A stretch of 64,000 bases of DNA from Promethearchaeota archaeon. Lineage in GTDB: Archaea; Asgardarchaeota; Lokiarchaeia; Sigyniarchaeales; SOKP01. Below, one piece after another: positions 1-10,097 of the stretch. The stretch covers positions 128,001 through 192,000 of the forward strand of contig JAHPZA010000001.1 in NCBI GenBank assembly GCA_019058445.1, read 5' to 3'. Made by a program: the position numbers and the translations under genes. Position 1 is the first letter of the stretch. Every line of letters begins with the position of its first letter. The notes beneath the pieces are model-generated. The model ran no database searches. It saw only the letters and a program-made list of their open reading frames with translations, and was not told the origin of the DNA.

Positions 1-1
1 T

Positions 2-469
2 GGTGCGTGTTTTGGAGTTGGGTTGAGTTTAGCGTGTGCCTGTGATTTAAGAATATGTTCCGAAAAAGCTAAATTTGGGGTTGCTTTTACAAGTGTTGGT
101 CTTTCTCCTGATTCTTCACTGACCTTTCATCTACCTAAGATAGTTGGGTTACCACTAGCAAATGAAATGGCAATCTTAAATAGAATTCTAAATGCTAATG
201 AAGCGATTAAATTTAATTTAGTTTCAAAAGTCACCCCTGAAGATTTGTTATTAGAAGAGGTAAAAGGAATTGCTAAAAAAGTTAGTCAGGGACCAACAAT
301 GGCCTATGGGAGTACGAAAAAATTATTCACAATGTCATTTTCTAATGATTTGGAATCTCAACTGAATCAAGAAATAATAAATATCAAAAAAAACGCGATT
401 TCAGAAGATTTTCAAGAAGGTGTCAATTCGTTCTTTGAAAAGCGAAAGCCAGATTTCAAGGGAAGGTAA
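2..469 (+). CDS. Enoyl-CoA hydratase/isomerase family protein (5' end outside window)
   Basis: Open frame from the window edge (GACFGVGLSLACACDLRI...GLSPDSS) and C-terminal EDFQEGVNSFFEKRKPDFKG typical of crotonase-fold enzymes. Confidence 0.9.
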   Translation, partial: GACFGVGLSLACACDLRICSEKAKFGVAFTSVGLSPDSSLTFHLPKIVGLPLANEMAILNRILNANEAIKFNLVSKVTPEDLLLEEVKGIAKKVSQGPTMAYGSTKKLFTMSFSNDLESQLNQEIINIKKNAISEDFQEGVNSFFEKRKPDFKGR

Positions 470-693
470 TAAATAAGGAAAAATTGCTAATTTTTACTAA
501 ATCTAGGTTCATAAAGACTAATTTAGGTAATAATTTACAAAGAATTCTGATAAATTCATTAAGGGTCAATTTTTTTCAAAACATAAAGGTTAAATTCCTA
601 TATTTTTTATTTTAAAGAGGACAAATGAATTAAATAGATTAATAAATTCTAATATTATAAATCATAAAAATCACAAAATATCGGTATTGATTC

Positions 694-1710
694 GTGAGTG
701 TTGATAGAAAAAGATTAGACGCTTTATTAAAATGGTATAAACAAGAAGTCGGTAAGGATCTCATTGCAGCGATTATAGTAAATCGAGAAGGTTTGGTTAT
801 GGAAGCGATCTCGGGGAGTTCGGATAATAAAGCAATTGATGAAGAGATTGTAGGTGGTGTGAGCGCTTTAGTAGAGCCTGTACTCAATAGAATCACTAAA
901 GAGTTTAGTTCTGGTGCTTTTGGAACTGGAACATTTGACACCGAAGAGTATAGATTAATTTTTTGTGAAGCTGGACCAGAATCTATATTCGTAACTGTTC
1001 TAGATAGCATGGGGATGGTTGATCCCGTTTTTCCATATGCTTACTTAGCAGCAGAAAAAATTGCTCGAATCTTTGATGGGCGCACAGTCAGTCCCGTTAT
1101 ACCTAAAATTATTACAGGTAGAGCAGCAAGTCAAATTGAGCGAAAAATTGATAAAATTCAAAAACTTAAAATAAAATCTGGAGAATATGCTTTTAAATTG
1201 GTCCTAGGCGGTGATGGATCTGTTGGTAAGACGAGCATGGTACACCGTTTTGTAGAAGATATATTCCATGTGGATTATAAATCAACGATCGGAACGTCTA
1301 TAATGAAAAAAGAATGTAAATTTGAGGGATTAGAATCAAAAGTTCGGTTTGTCATATGGGATTTAGCAGGACAGTCTCAATTTAAACGAGTGAGACAAAC
1401 CTATGTTGCCAATGCGGAAGCAGGAATTTTAGTGTTTGATGTGACAAGAAGAGAGACTTATGATAATGTGAAGCTCTGGTATGATGAAACAGTTAAAGAA
1501 GCACAAGGTATTACCTTAATTTTAGTCGGTAATAAAATTGACTTAACCGATTCAAGACAAGTTTCAAAAGAAGAGGGGGAAGCATTAGCTAATCAGTTAG
1601 GATTAAGCTATATCGAGACCTCTGCTAAGACTGGTGAAAATATAGAAGACGCTTTTAAAATGCTCGCTTTAAATATAATAAAAATTTATGTTGAAGCAAT
1701 TGAAGTATAA
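694..1710 (+). CDS. Roadblock/LC7 domain fused to Rab-like small GTPase (Asgard eukaryotic signature protein)
   Basis: N-terminal AAIIVNREGLVM roadblock-like domain; G1 GDGSVGKT, G2 TIG, G3 WDLAGQ, G4 NKID, G5 ETSAK. Confidence 0.9.
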   Translation: MSVDRKRLDALLKWYKQEVGKDLIAAIIVNREGLVMEAISGSSDNKAIDEEIVGGVSALVEPVLNRITKEFSSGAFGTGTFDTEEYRLIFCEAGPESIFVTVLDSMGMVDPVFPYAYLAAEKIARIFDGRTVSPVIPKIITGRAASQIERKIDKIQKLKIKSGEYAFKLVLGGDGSVGKTSMVHRFVEDIFHVDYKSTIGTSIMKKECKFEGLESKVRFVIWDLAGQSQFKRVRQTYVANAEAGILVFDVTRRETYDNVKLWYDETVKEAQGITLILVGNKIDLTDSRQVSKEEGEALANQLGLSYIETSAKTGENIEDAFKMLALNIIKIYVEAIEV

Positions 1711-1812
1711 AGCCTCTGGGGGGACTTGAACCCCCGGCCGAATCATCCAATCGAATGTATTAATCGATCAATTGATTACGAATCAATCGCTCTACCACTA
1801 AGCCACAGAGGC
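1711..1812 (-). tRNA. tRNA-Thr(CGT) with ~30 nt insertion (putative non-canonical intron) at the anticodon stem/variable loop junction
   Basis: Reverse complement folds: acceptor GCCTCTG/CAGAGGC, D arm GCTT/GAGC, anticodon arm ATTGA-TTCGTAA-TCAAT, T arm GGGGG-TTCAAGT-CCCCC; extra ~30 nt at 1741-1770. Confidence 0.9.
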
Positions 1813-1864
1813 AATAAATATAGCTTATTAATTATAAATCATACAGAATTTTAAATTTTTTCTA

Positions 1865-2881
1865 ATGAATAATAATCCTCAGATAGGGAATATTGGAGAA
1901 TTTGAATTAATAAAACTAATTGAAGATCTGGTTTCAAAAAAAACTGGAAAAGAATTATTAAGAGATGATTCTTTTTTTTTTTCCCATCGTAATGAAGAAG
2001 TAGATAAAGATGTAATCCTAAATTCTGATATGCTTGTGTCCACGACAGATATACCTCCTCAAATGAATTTTTATCAAATGGGGCGTAAATCTGTTATTAT
2101 GAATATTAGTGATTTAATCGTAAAAGGCGTCAAACCAAGGGGAATTATCATCTCTTTGGGGTTACCAAAAGAACTTAAGAGAGAGGATTTTATTAATTTA
2201 ATGCTAGGAATTATTGATTGTACCCTGAATTTTAATATTGAGTATATCGGTGGAGATCTCAATGAGACGATAGAAATTATCATAAATCCAACTACTTTTG
2301 GTTTTAAGGCCCCTTCCGCTATAATTTTCAGAAAGGGGATGAAATCAGGTGATATACTTATAACTAACAATAAATTTGGCTTAACCGGCGTTGGTTTTGA
2401 TCTTCTTTTGAATAAAAACATGGATCTGAAAGACATTACGAATTATAAACGTTCTGTAATGAGTGTATTGGAGCCTAAAATACCTGGAAATGAAGCATTA
2501 ATTTTATCTGAACATAATTTAGCTACATCGAGCATTGATTCTTCTGATGGTCTTGCCAAATCGTTAAGAGATTTAATATTATCTAATCCTGATTATGGCT
2601 TTGAGATTGATTTTACTGAAGAACTAATAGATCCAGAAGCCCTAATTTATTCTCAAGAATTTGATGTTCCTTTAGAAACACTTGTGTTTAATGGAGGTGA
2701 AGAATTTAATCATTTATTTACTATTAATCCAAAAAGCTTTAATGCTGCTCAAAAAATAATTAATGCGCAAGGGGGGCAAATCTTTAAAATTGGAAAGGTG
2801 ATTTCAGAAGAAAAGATTTATTTTTTAAAAGAAAATGAAAAACTTGAATTAAAAAGTCATGGATTTGAACATTTTAAATAA
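1865..2881 (+). CDS. thiL: Thiamine-monophosphate kinase
   Basis: GEFELI N-terminus, NISDL, IGGDL, DSSDGL and GGEEF motifs. Confidence 0.92.
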   Translation: MNNNPQIGNIGEFELIKLIEDLVSKKTGKELLRDDSFFFSHRNEEVDKDVILNSDMLVSTTDIPPQMNFYQMGRKSVIMNISDLIVKGVKPRGIIISLGLPKELKREDFINLMLGIIDCTLNFNIEYIGGDLNETIEIIINPTTFGFKAPSAIIFRKGMKSGDILITNNKFGLTGVGFDLLLNKNMDLKDITNYKRSVMSVLEPKIPGNEALILSEHNLATSSIDSSDGLAKSLRDLILSNPDYGFEIDFTEELIDPEALIYSQEFDVPLETLVFNGGEEFNHLFTINPKSFNAAQKIINAQGGQIFKIGKVISEEKIYFLKENEKLELKSHGFEHFK

Positions 2882-3024
2882 TTTTTTACTATAGAAGAGT
2901 TCAAGCAATTTGCTAGTTTTATTAGACACAGAAAAAGTTTTATATTATTATAGATTTAAACTATTACAATTTTACCCTTTAATTAATTTTTAAAATAACG
3001 ATAATGTTTAAATTTTATGTTTAA

Positions 3025-3127
3025 GGGCCATTAGCGCAGAAAAACCGCAATTCGCGTTTTTTGCGTAAGCAGGTAGCGCAGCAGGCTTTTAACCTGAAGG
3101 TCGTGGGTTCGATTCCCACATGGCCCG
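3025..3127 (+). tRNA. tRNA-Lys(TTT) with ~29-30 nt D-loop intron (~position 15/16)
   Basis: Acceptor GGGCCAT/ATGGCCC, D stem GCGC/GCGC, anticodon loop CTTTTAA, T arm GTGGG-TTCGATT-CCCAC; insertion 3040-3068 forms a BHB-like structure. Confidence 0.92.
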
Positions 3128-3239
3128 TGATTTTCTTTTATTTTTTATGATATTTTAGATTGTTAACAGCACACAAAAATAACAAAAATAAAATTCAATT
3201 CTACCCTACTTTTAATATATACGAATCGTCTCATAATTC

Positions 3240-4253
3240 TTGAATATGGAAAATTCCGAATTTAAGCTTCCATCAGATGAGTCAGAGCAACTTTTAATTA
3301 AATCACAAGAAAATTCTAATCCTGACTATGGATGTGAACCAGAAAAGCGAGATATTAAAACTCATCTTGAATATGGGGTTATTAATCTAGACAAACCCAG
3401 TGGACCAACTAGTCATGAAGTTGTTTCTTGGGTTCGTAAAATTCTTGGAATTTCAAATGCGGGTCATGGGGGGACATTAGATCCAAAAGTTACTGGCGTG
3501 TTACCATGTGCACTTGGAAAAGCAACACGAGTTCTATCAGCACTATTGACTGCTGGAAAAGAATATGTAGGGGTAATGACTTTACATTCTACTGAACCAA
3601 GTAAAAAAGTGGAATCTGTTTTTAAAGTATTTACCAATAAAATTTATCAACGCCCTCCTTTAAAATCTTCTGTTGCTCGAAAATTAAGAATTAGGGAAAT
3701 TTATTATCTTAAATTATTAGAACTTAAAGATAATCGTGTACTATTCCGAGTAGGATGCGAAGCAGGAACCTATATTAGAAAATTATGTTTTGATATCGGT
3801 GAGGCACTCTGTTCAGGGGCTCATATGCTTGAATTAAGACGTACGAAAGTGGGTAATTTTAAGGAAGAAACAAATTTACAAACACTTCAAAATTTAAAAG
3901 ATGCTTATACTATTTATCAAACAGAGGGAGAGGAGTATTATTTACGAAAAATAATTTCTCCTATGGAAAAAATGGTGGAACATTTACCGAAGATTTTTGT
4001 GAGAGATACTGCGGTTGATGCGCTTTGTCATGGAGCAGATTTAGCTGCAGCTGGCGTTTGTTATATCGACGCGAGAATAAACCATAAAATGTTAATAGCA
4101 TATATGACACTTAAGAAAGAACTTATCGGATTTGGTATTGCACAGAAAAAGGCAATGGATATTTATAAAGCTAAATCGGGAATTATGGCTAAGACGAAAA
4201 AAATTTTTATGGAACGTGGCGTGTACCCTCGATGGAGTGAAAAAAACAAGTAA
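3240..4253 (+). CDS. cbf5: H/ACA RNA-guided pseudouridine synthase Cbf5 (TruB family)
   Basis: INLDKPSGPTSHEVV, GHGGTLDPKVTGVLP (catalytic Asp), C-terminal PUA domain. Confidence 0.97.
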   Translation: MNMENSEFKLPSDESEQLLIKSQENSNPDYGCEPEKRDIKTHLEYGVINLDKPSGPTSHEVVSWVRKILGISNAGHGGTLDPKVTGVLPCALGKATRVLSALLTAGKEYVGVMTLHSTEPSKKVESVFKVFTNKIYQRPPLKSSVARKLRIREIYYLKLLELKDNRVLFRVGCEAGTYIRKLCFDIGEALCSGAHMLELRRTKVGNFKEETNLQTLQNLKDAYTIYQTEGEEYYLRKIISPMEKMVEHLPKIFVRDTAVDALCHGADLAAAGVCYIDARINHKMLIAYMTLKKELIGFGIAQKKAMDIYKAKSGIMAKTKKIFMERGVYPRWSEKNK

Positions 4254-4280
4254 ACTAAGATAATTTAATGCATTGAGATT

Positions 4281-4940
4281 ATGAATCAAAAAAATCAGCA
4301 TTATTCAACTGAATATCCAGATGTAAAATTAAAGATCTACACGATATCTGAAAGCTTACGAAGACATCTTTATATATTTAAAACCGCGACTGGTGTGTTT
4401 TCTTTTAAGAAAATTGATTTAGGAACACAGATATTAATCGAGAATATGACAATTCCTAAAAATCCTAGCGTTTTATTAGATTTAGGATGCGGATATGGCC
4501 CAATAGGAATTGTTTTAGGATATGAATCTCCCTTAAGTCAGATTTTCTTCATAGATATTAATAAACGAGCAACCTGGTGTTCAAAGCAAAATATTAAGAT
4601 TAATTTTCCGGAGAATAGGAATCGGTTTAAGGTACTAACAGGGAATTACCTTGAACCAGTAATAAAAAAGAGTATAAAGTTCGATGGAATATTTATGAAT
4701 CCTCCTATAAGAAAGGGAAGAGCAGAATTTCTAAAAATACTTAATGAAGCTCTAAACGTCTTAAAACCAAATGGATTTTTTCAATTTGTAATTAGAAAAA
4801 AAATGGGGGCTTCTTATATAGAAAACTTTATTAATAAAAATTTTCCGAGAAATAAATATAGTTTTAATATTTTATGTAAAAGAAGTGGCTATTGGGTTTT
4901 CAATCTTATGTTAAATACAGCATTTTCTGATGAAAATTAA
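4281..4940 (+). CDS. Class I SAM-dependent methyltransferase (RsmC/MTS-like)
   Basis: GVFSFKKIDLGT, LDLGCGYG and NPPI motifs. Confidence 0.88.
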   Translation: MNQKNQHYSTEYPDVKLKIYTISESLRRHLYIFKTATGVFSFKKIDLGTQILIENMTIPKNPSVLLDLGCGYGPIGIVLGYESPLSQIFFIDINKRATWCSKQNIKINFPENRNRFKVLTGNYLEPVIKKSIKFDGIFMNPPIRKGRAEFLKILNEALNVLKPNGFFQFVIRKKMGASYIENFINKNFPRNKYSFNILCKRSGYWVFNLMLNTAFSDEN

Positions 4941-5025
4941 AAACGTGTTAAGAAAAAATCGTAAAATTTTTTACGAAAGCGAAATTATTTATAAATAATT
5001 TGGAACTTTAAGAGGAATTATTTTT

Positions 5026-5283
5026 TTGACCAAGAAAAAAAAAATCGACGTATTATTACACGAACTTGTTCCGAAACATAAACTTTTAACTAAGAAAGAA
5101 ACATCTGATCTCTTAGAGAAATATCAAATCAGCGTTATTGATTTACCACAGATATTTGAAAAAGATCCGGTTGCAATTGCTATTGGAGCAAAGGAGGGCG
5201 ATGTAGTAAAGATTATACGTGATTCAAATACTACAGTAAAGACAATAAACTATTTTCGATATGTTAAAAAAGAAAAAGCCTAA
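5026..5283 (+). CDS. rpo5: RNA polymerase subunit Rpo5 (H)
   Basis: HELVPKH...LPQI...DPVA...GDVVKIIR; directly upstream of rpo2. Confidence 0.97.
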   Translation: MTKKKKIDVLLHELVPKHKLLTKKETSDLLEKYQISVIDLPQIFEKDPVAIAIGAKEGDVVKIIRDSNTTVKTINYFRYVKKEKA

Positions 5284-5334
5284 AAGAAGTTCTTTTTATA
5301 TAAATTCAAAGTAATAGTTGGTGTAAATTAAAAT

Positions 5335-8300
5335 TTGATTTCTGAGAATTTATCAAATGAGGATAAATGGGTAATATTAAAGAGTCTTTTTGATGAGAAG
5401 GGATTAGTAAGGCAACATTTGGATTCTTATAACAATTTCATTGAGCTTGAAATGCAAGATATTGTGAATGAATCTGGAGAAGTAGTACCTGATATTCCCG
5501 GATTTAAGATTAAATTTGGAAAAATAAAAGTTGGCAATCCGAAAGTTCGTGAGGCTGATGGGGCCACAATGGAAATAACTCCAATTGAAGCAAGGATAAG
5601 AGAACTTTCATATGCTGCTGATATCACTTTAGAAATGACCCCAATCACAATAGACGAGAGAACACAGAGAGAAGAAGCAGAAGAAACGCTCGACATCTAT
5701 ATTGGTAAAATTCCAATAATGCTAAAAAGTTGTCGCTGTCCATTAGAGAATTTATCGGAACCCGAATTGATAAATCGTGGTGAAGATCCATTAGATCCAG
5801 GAGGATATTTTATAATAAATGGTACTGAAAGAGTCTTAGTGACTCAAGAAGATCTAGCTCCTAACAGAATATTAGCCGAAGAAGCAAGTAGAAGTTCAAG
5901 TGCAACTCACCAAGCTAAAGTATTTTCTACTCGTAGTGGATTTAGAGCCCCAGTCACGATAGAAAGAAAGAAAGATGGTAATTTAAGGGTTTCATTCCCT
6001 TCTGTTCCAGGAAAAATACCATTAGCTATACTTATGCGTGCTCTAGGCTTACATTCTGACAGAGAAATTTTCGAAGCAATATCAGAAAATCCAGAAATAG
6101 AAAAAGAATTAATTCCTGTAGTGGATGTTGCTGCTGAAATTCAAGTATTAAAAGATCCTGAAAAATCTCAACAAAATGCTTTAGATTATATTGGTAAACG
6201 TGTTGCTATTGGCCAAACTAAAGATTATCGTATCCGTAGAGCTCTTCAAGTTTTAGATAGATATCTTTTGCCACATATTGGTAATAATGAAGAGGATAGA
6301 ATCAAAAAAGCCTATTATTTAGGACAAATGGCCCAAAAAGTTATGGAACTTGCATTAGCATTTAGAGACCCAGATGATAAAGATCATTATGCCAATAAAC
6401 GTTTGAAGTTAGCAGGGGAATTATTCACATCATTATTTAGAGTTGCCTTTCTTAACTTGGTTAAGGATATTAAGTATCAATTAGAGCGAACAGCCGTTCG
6501 AGGCAGAGCTCCAAATATAAAAACCGCGGTAAGAGCGGATGTAATAACTGAAAGAATAAGACATGCTTTAGCAACTGGAAATTGGGTTGGTGGAAAAGCG
6601 GGAGTTAGCCAATTATTAAATAGAACTAATCATGTAGGTACTTTGAGCCACCTTAGGAGAGTGATATCACCTTTAAGTCGAAGTCAACCACATTTTGAGG
6701 CAAGAGATCTTCATCCTACTCAATGGGGTAAAATATGTCCTGCTGAAACTCCTGAGGGTCCTAATTGTGGTTTGGTCAAAAATCTTGGCTTAACTTCAAT
6801 AATCTCTGTTGGAACTGATGAGAGAATTCTCGAGAATATATTACTCGATTTGGGGGTAATTCCTATAAATCAGGTTACAAATATTAGGGGAGATAAAGTT
6901 AAAGTGTTCCTTAATGGTAAATTAATTGGAATTCATCAGCAATACAATGCTTTCATACGGCAAATTAGAGAGAAAAGAAGAAAAGGAGAGATTGGTCAGT
7001 ATGTCAATATTGGCTATTATCACGATTCAAAGGAAGTACAGATAAATTGCGACGCCGGGAGAGCAACCAGACCGCTTTTTGTATTAAAAAACAAGAATTT
7101 ACTAATTAATAGTGAAGATATCGAAAAACTCAAACAAGGTAAATATATTTGGTCAGACTTAGTGCAAAAAGGGGTTATAGAATATTTAGATGCTGAAGAA
7201 GAAGAAAATGCCTATATTGCAATGTTTGAAGAAGATATTACCGCAGAACATACTCATTTTGAAATATCTCCTGCTGCAATCTTAGGGATTTGTGCCTCTA
7301 TTATACCTTTTCCTGAACACAATCAATCACCACGAAATACATACGAAGCTGGGATGGTCAAGCAAGCATTAGGATTATTTGCCGCGAATATGCATTTGAG
7401 GTTGGATACTAGAGGTCATACTTTACATTACCCTCAACAACCACTTGTTAAGACAAGTCCCATGGAAATTGTCGGATTTAATCAACGTCCAGCAGGTCAG
7501 AATTTTATTATTGGAATGATGAGTTTTGAGGGTTTTAACATTGAGGATGCTATTATTATAAATAAAGCCTCAATAAATCGAGGATTAGCTCGTAGTCATT
7601 TCTTTAGAACGTATGATGCTGAAGAAAGAAAATATCCGGGTGGTGAAGTAGACAAATTTGAAATTCCTGAAAGAGGAGTTAGAGGTTTCAAATCTGCCGA
7701 ATCATATCGATTATTATCAGAGGAAGACGGAATTATAGAGCCTGAAACTAAAGTAGATGGAGGAGATGTACTAATTGGAAGGACATCCCCTCCAAGATTC
7801 ATAAAATCTTATGAAGAATTCGAGTTAATGCAACCAAATCGAAGAGAAACTTCTAAGAATATGAGACATAATGAAAAGGGAATTGTGGATACAGTAATTA
7901 TTTCAGAAACAGTTGATGGAAATAAGCTTGTTAAAATTAAAGTGAGAGATTTAAGAATTCCAGAATTAGGAGATAAATTTTCTTCGCGTCATGGACAAAA
8001 AGGTGTACTTGGACTATTAGTACCTGAATGCGACATGCCATTTACTTCGAAAGGAGTAATCCCTGACATAATAGTTAATCCCCATGCTATGCCTTCGAGA
8101 ATGACTTTAGGTCAGTTATTTGAGGGTATTAGCGGTAAAATCGCATGTAATGTGGGGAAGCTGGGCGATGCAACAGCTTTCGAATGGAAAGATATCACTA
8201 AACTTCAAGAACAGTTAGTTCAGGCGGGATTTGAATTTAATGGAAGAGAAGTAATGTATAATGGGATTACGGGAGAAAAGTATGAAGCGGGAATTTATTG

Positions 8301-8706
8301 CGCTCCCATTTATTATCAAAAATTGTATCATCTAGTAGCAGATAAACTGCATGCCAGAGCAAGAGGTCCAGTCCAAATTTTAACTAGGCAACCAACAGAA
8401 GGTCGTGCAAGAGAGGGGGGATTAAGATTTGGAGAAATGGAACGAGATTGCCTTGTTGGTCACGGTTCTGCTTTATTATTAAAAGAACGATTGTTAGACG
8501 AGTCAGATCGAACTGTAATTCTTGTATGTGAAAAATGTGGTCTTCTTGCGGTCTATGATAGAAATAGAGATAAACGCTATTGTCCAGTATGTGGAGAGGG
8601 GACAATCATTTCAAAGGTTGTTTGCTCATATGCTTTTAAACTACTTTTACAAGAAATGATGAGCTTAGGACTCGCACCAAGATTAAAACTCAAGGAAAAA
8701 ATTTAG
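5335..8706 (+). CDS. rpo2: RNA polymerase subunit Rpo2 (B), unsplit
   Basis: GGYFIINGTE, CPAETPEG, GDKFSSRHGQKG, GGLRFGEMERD and C-terminal Zn ribbon. Confidence 0.99.
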   Translation: MISENLSNEDKWVILKSLFDEKGLVRQHLDSYNNFIELEMQDIVNESGEVVPDIPGFKIKFGKIKVGNPKVREADGATMEITPIEARIRELSYAADITLEMTPITIDERTQREEAEETLDIYIGKIPIMLKSCRCPLENLSEPELINRGEDPLDPGGYFIINGTERVLVTQEDLAPNRILAEEASRSSSATHQAKVFSTRSGFRAPVTIERKKDGNLRVSFPSVPGKIPLAILMRALGLHSDREIFEAISENPEIEKELIPVVDVAAEIQVLKDPEKSQQNALDYIGKRVAIGQTKDYRIRRALQVLDRYLLPHIGNNEEDRIKKAYYLGQMAQKVMELALAFRDPDDKDHYANKRLKLAGELFTSLFRVAFLNLVKDIKYQLERTAVRGRAPNIKTAVRADVITERIRHALATGNWVGGKAGVSQLLNRTNHVGTLSHLRRVISPLSRSQPHFEARDLHPTQWGKICPAETPEGPNCGLVKNLGLTSIISVGTDERILENILLDLGVIPINQVTNIRGDKVKVFLNGKLIGIHQQYNAFIRQIREKRRKGEIGQYVNIGYYHDSKEVQINCDAGRATRPLFVLKNKNLLINSEDIEKLKQGKYIWSDLVQKGVIEYLDAEEEENAYIAMFEEDITAEHTHFEISPAAILGICASIIPFPEHNQSPRNTYEAGMVKQALGLFAANMHLRLDTRGHTLHYPQQPLVKTSPMEIVGFNQRPAGQNFIIGMMSFEGFNIEDAIIINKASINRGLARSHFFRTYDAEERKYPGGEVDKFEIPERGVRGFKSAESYRLLSEEDGIIEPETKVDGGDVLIGRTSPPRFIKSYEEFELMQPNRRETSKNMRHNEKGIVDTVIISETVDGNKLVKIKVRDLRIPELGDKFSSRHGQKGVLGLLVPECDMPFTSKGVIPDIIVNPHAMPSRMTLGQLFEGISGKIACNVGKLGDATAFEWKDITKLQEQLVQAGFEFNGREVMYNGITGEKYEAGIYCAPIYYQKLYHLVADKLHARARGPVQILTRQPTEGRAREGGLRFGEMERDCLVGHGSALLLKERLLDESDRTVILVCEKCGLLAVYDRNRDKRYCPVCGEGTIISKVVCSYAFKLLLQEMMSLGLAPRLKLKEKI

Positions 8707-8888
8707 TCCAACATTTTTTTTATTACTCTTTTTAATGATATTCTAATAAAAATTCTGATATATGTAATTTAAAAAGCTTTAAAGTTCAGATTTGAACAAA
8801 TAATTTGGTTACATTGATCATTTTGTATGAGAAATTTATTCTTAAATAATTTATTCACAAAAATTCATTGAAAGATTGTAGAATAGAT

Positions 8889-9179
8889 TCAATAGCCCGC
8901 TTGGAGCAAAAAGAAATGCAATGAAAAACCTAAAAATATGGAACCAACCAAAATTGTGATAATAGACAGTCTAATTGAGGTTTCCCTTCCATACTTAGTA
9001 TAGAGTACTAAAATTAATAAAGCTACTATCCCTATTCCAAAAAAAATCCAAGCTAAAACCCATAAAACAAGTGAAGGGCCCTCAAATAGTTCTTCTGGAG
9101 GTCTTTCTTCTTCCCAAGGCCATTCAAAGTCATTTTGTAATATTGTACTAGTTAACACAAAAAGTAAGGTAAGAATCAT
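8889..9179 (-). CDS. Small membrane protein, unknown function
   Basis: 96 aa with 2-3 hydrophobic segments, fills an intergenic gap. Confidence 0.7.
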   Translation of the reverse strand: MILTLLFVLTSTILQNDFEWPWEEERPPEELFEGPSLVLWVLAWIFFGIGIVALLILVLYTKYGRETSIRLSIITILVGSIFLGFSLHFFLLQAGY

Positions 9180-9320
9180 TTGTATTCAAATTTTAATTTT
9201 AAAGCTTGTTTAAGCTATAAATTTTTCATTTTTTTTTAAGTTTTTCAATAAATAGAATTTTAAAGAGATGTTCGCTTATTATTATTAAAATTTTTAAAAA
9301 AAATAAAACTCTAAGTTAAA

Positions 9321-10097
9321 ATGCATTATTTAAGTGAGCTAATTAAAACCCCTTCTTTACAGGATCCAGCAAAAAAGCATATGAATATTCACCGTCATTT
9401 TTATAGATACTCTAAAGGTGATTTTATCGGTCCTGCATTAAAGATAACTATTACAAAAGCAAGAATAACGCTTAGGGGATCACATGAATATGAAGATTTA
9501 ATTCAGGAAATTGTAGTTCGTACAATGGGTGGTAACGATATCAATATTAATGGGGTTTTAATTACAGGGAGCGATATTAATGAAGATCTTCAAAATCTTG
9601 GGTTAGATTGGAATTTAAAAAAATCCACTGGTAAAACAAAGAATTATAAGGCTGAAGTATCGGATAAAATTACAGCAGAACTTTTACTCAAAATTATTGA
9701 AAAGTTTCGAATAAATTCATATCTCCTACTATCTTTTAATGTTAATCCAACATGTAAGGTTAGTACAAAAAAGAGAATCCCTCAACCTTCTAAGAAAAAA
9801 GTGGATGAAGATGATATAAATAAGAGAGTTCAATTCTGCACAGGAGTAATTAACAATACCCAAGAGAATCTAAAATTGATAATTGATTTAGCATTATCAG
9901 ATTTTAAAGCAGACCTTCCTAATCAATTTAAAAACATAATATTACTAAATAACTATAAAATAGAAGAAATTATCCTCCCCAAAGATGTTAAAAATTCTAT
10001 GTTGTTAAGAATAATAGCAATCAGAAAAGGGAAAATGTTTCGTTCCCTTGAATATGATGGAGACATAATAGAGAAACAGTATAATATCGTTGTCTAA
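9321..10097 (+). CDS. Conserved hypothetical protein
   Basis: 258 aa ORF upstream of tfe; no motif recognised. Confidence 0.75.
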   Translation: MHYLSELIKTPSLQDPAKKHMNIHRHFYRYSKGDFIGPALKITITKARITLRGSHEYEDLIQEIVVRTMGGNDININGVLITGSDINEDLQNLGLDWNLKKSTGKTKNYKAEVSDKITAELLLKIIEKFRINSYLLLSFNVNPTCKVSTKKRIPQPSKKKVDEDDINKRVQFCTGVINNTQENLKLIIDLALSDFKADLPNQFKNIILLNNYKIEEIILPKDVKNSMLLRIIAIRKGKMFRSLEYDGDIIEKQYNIVV

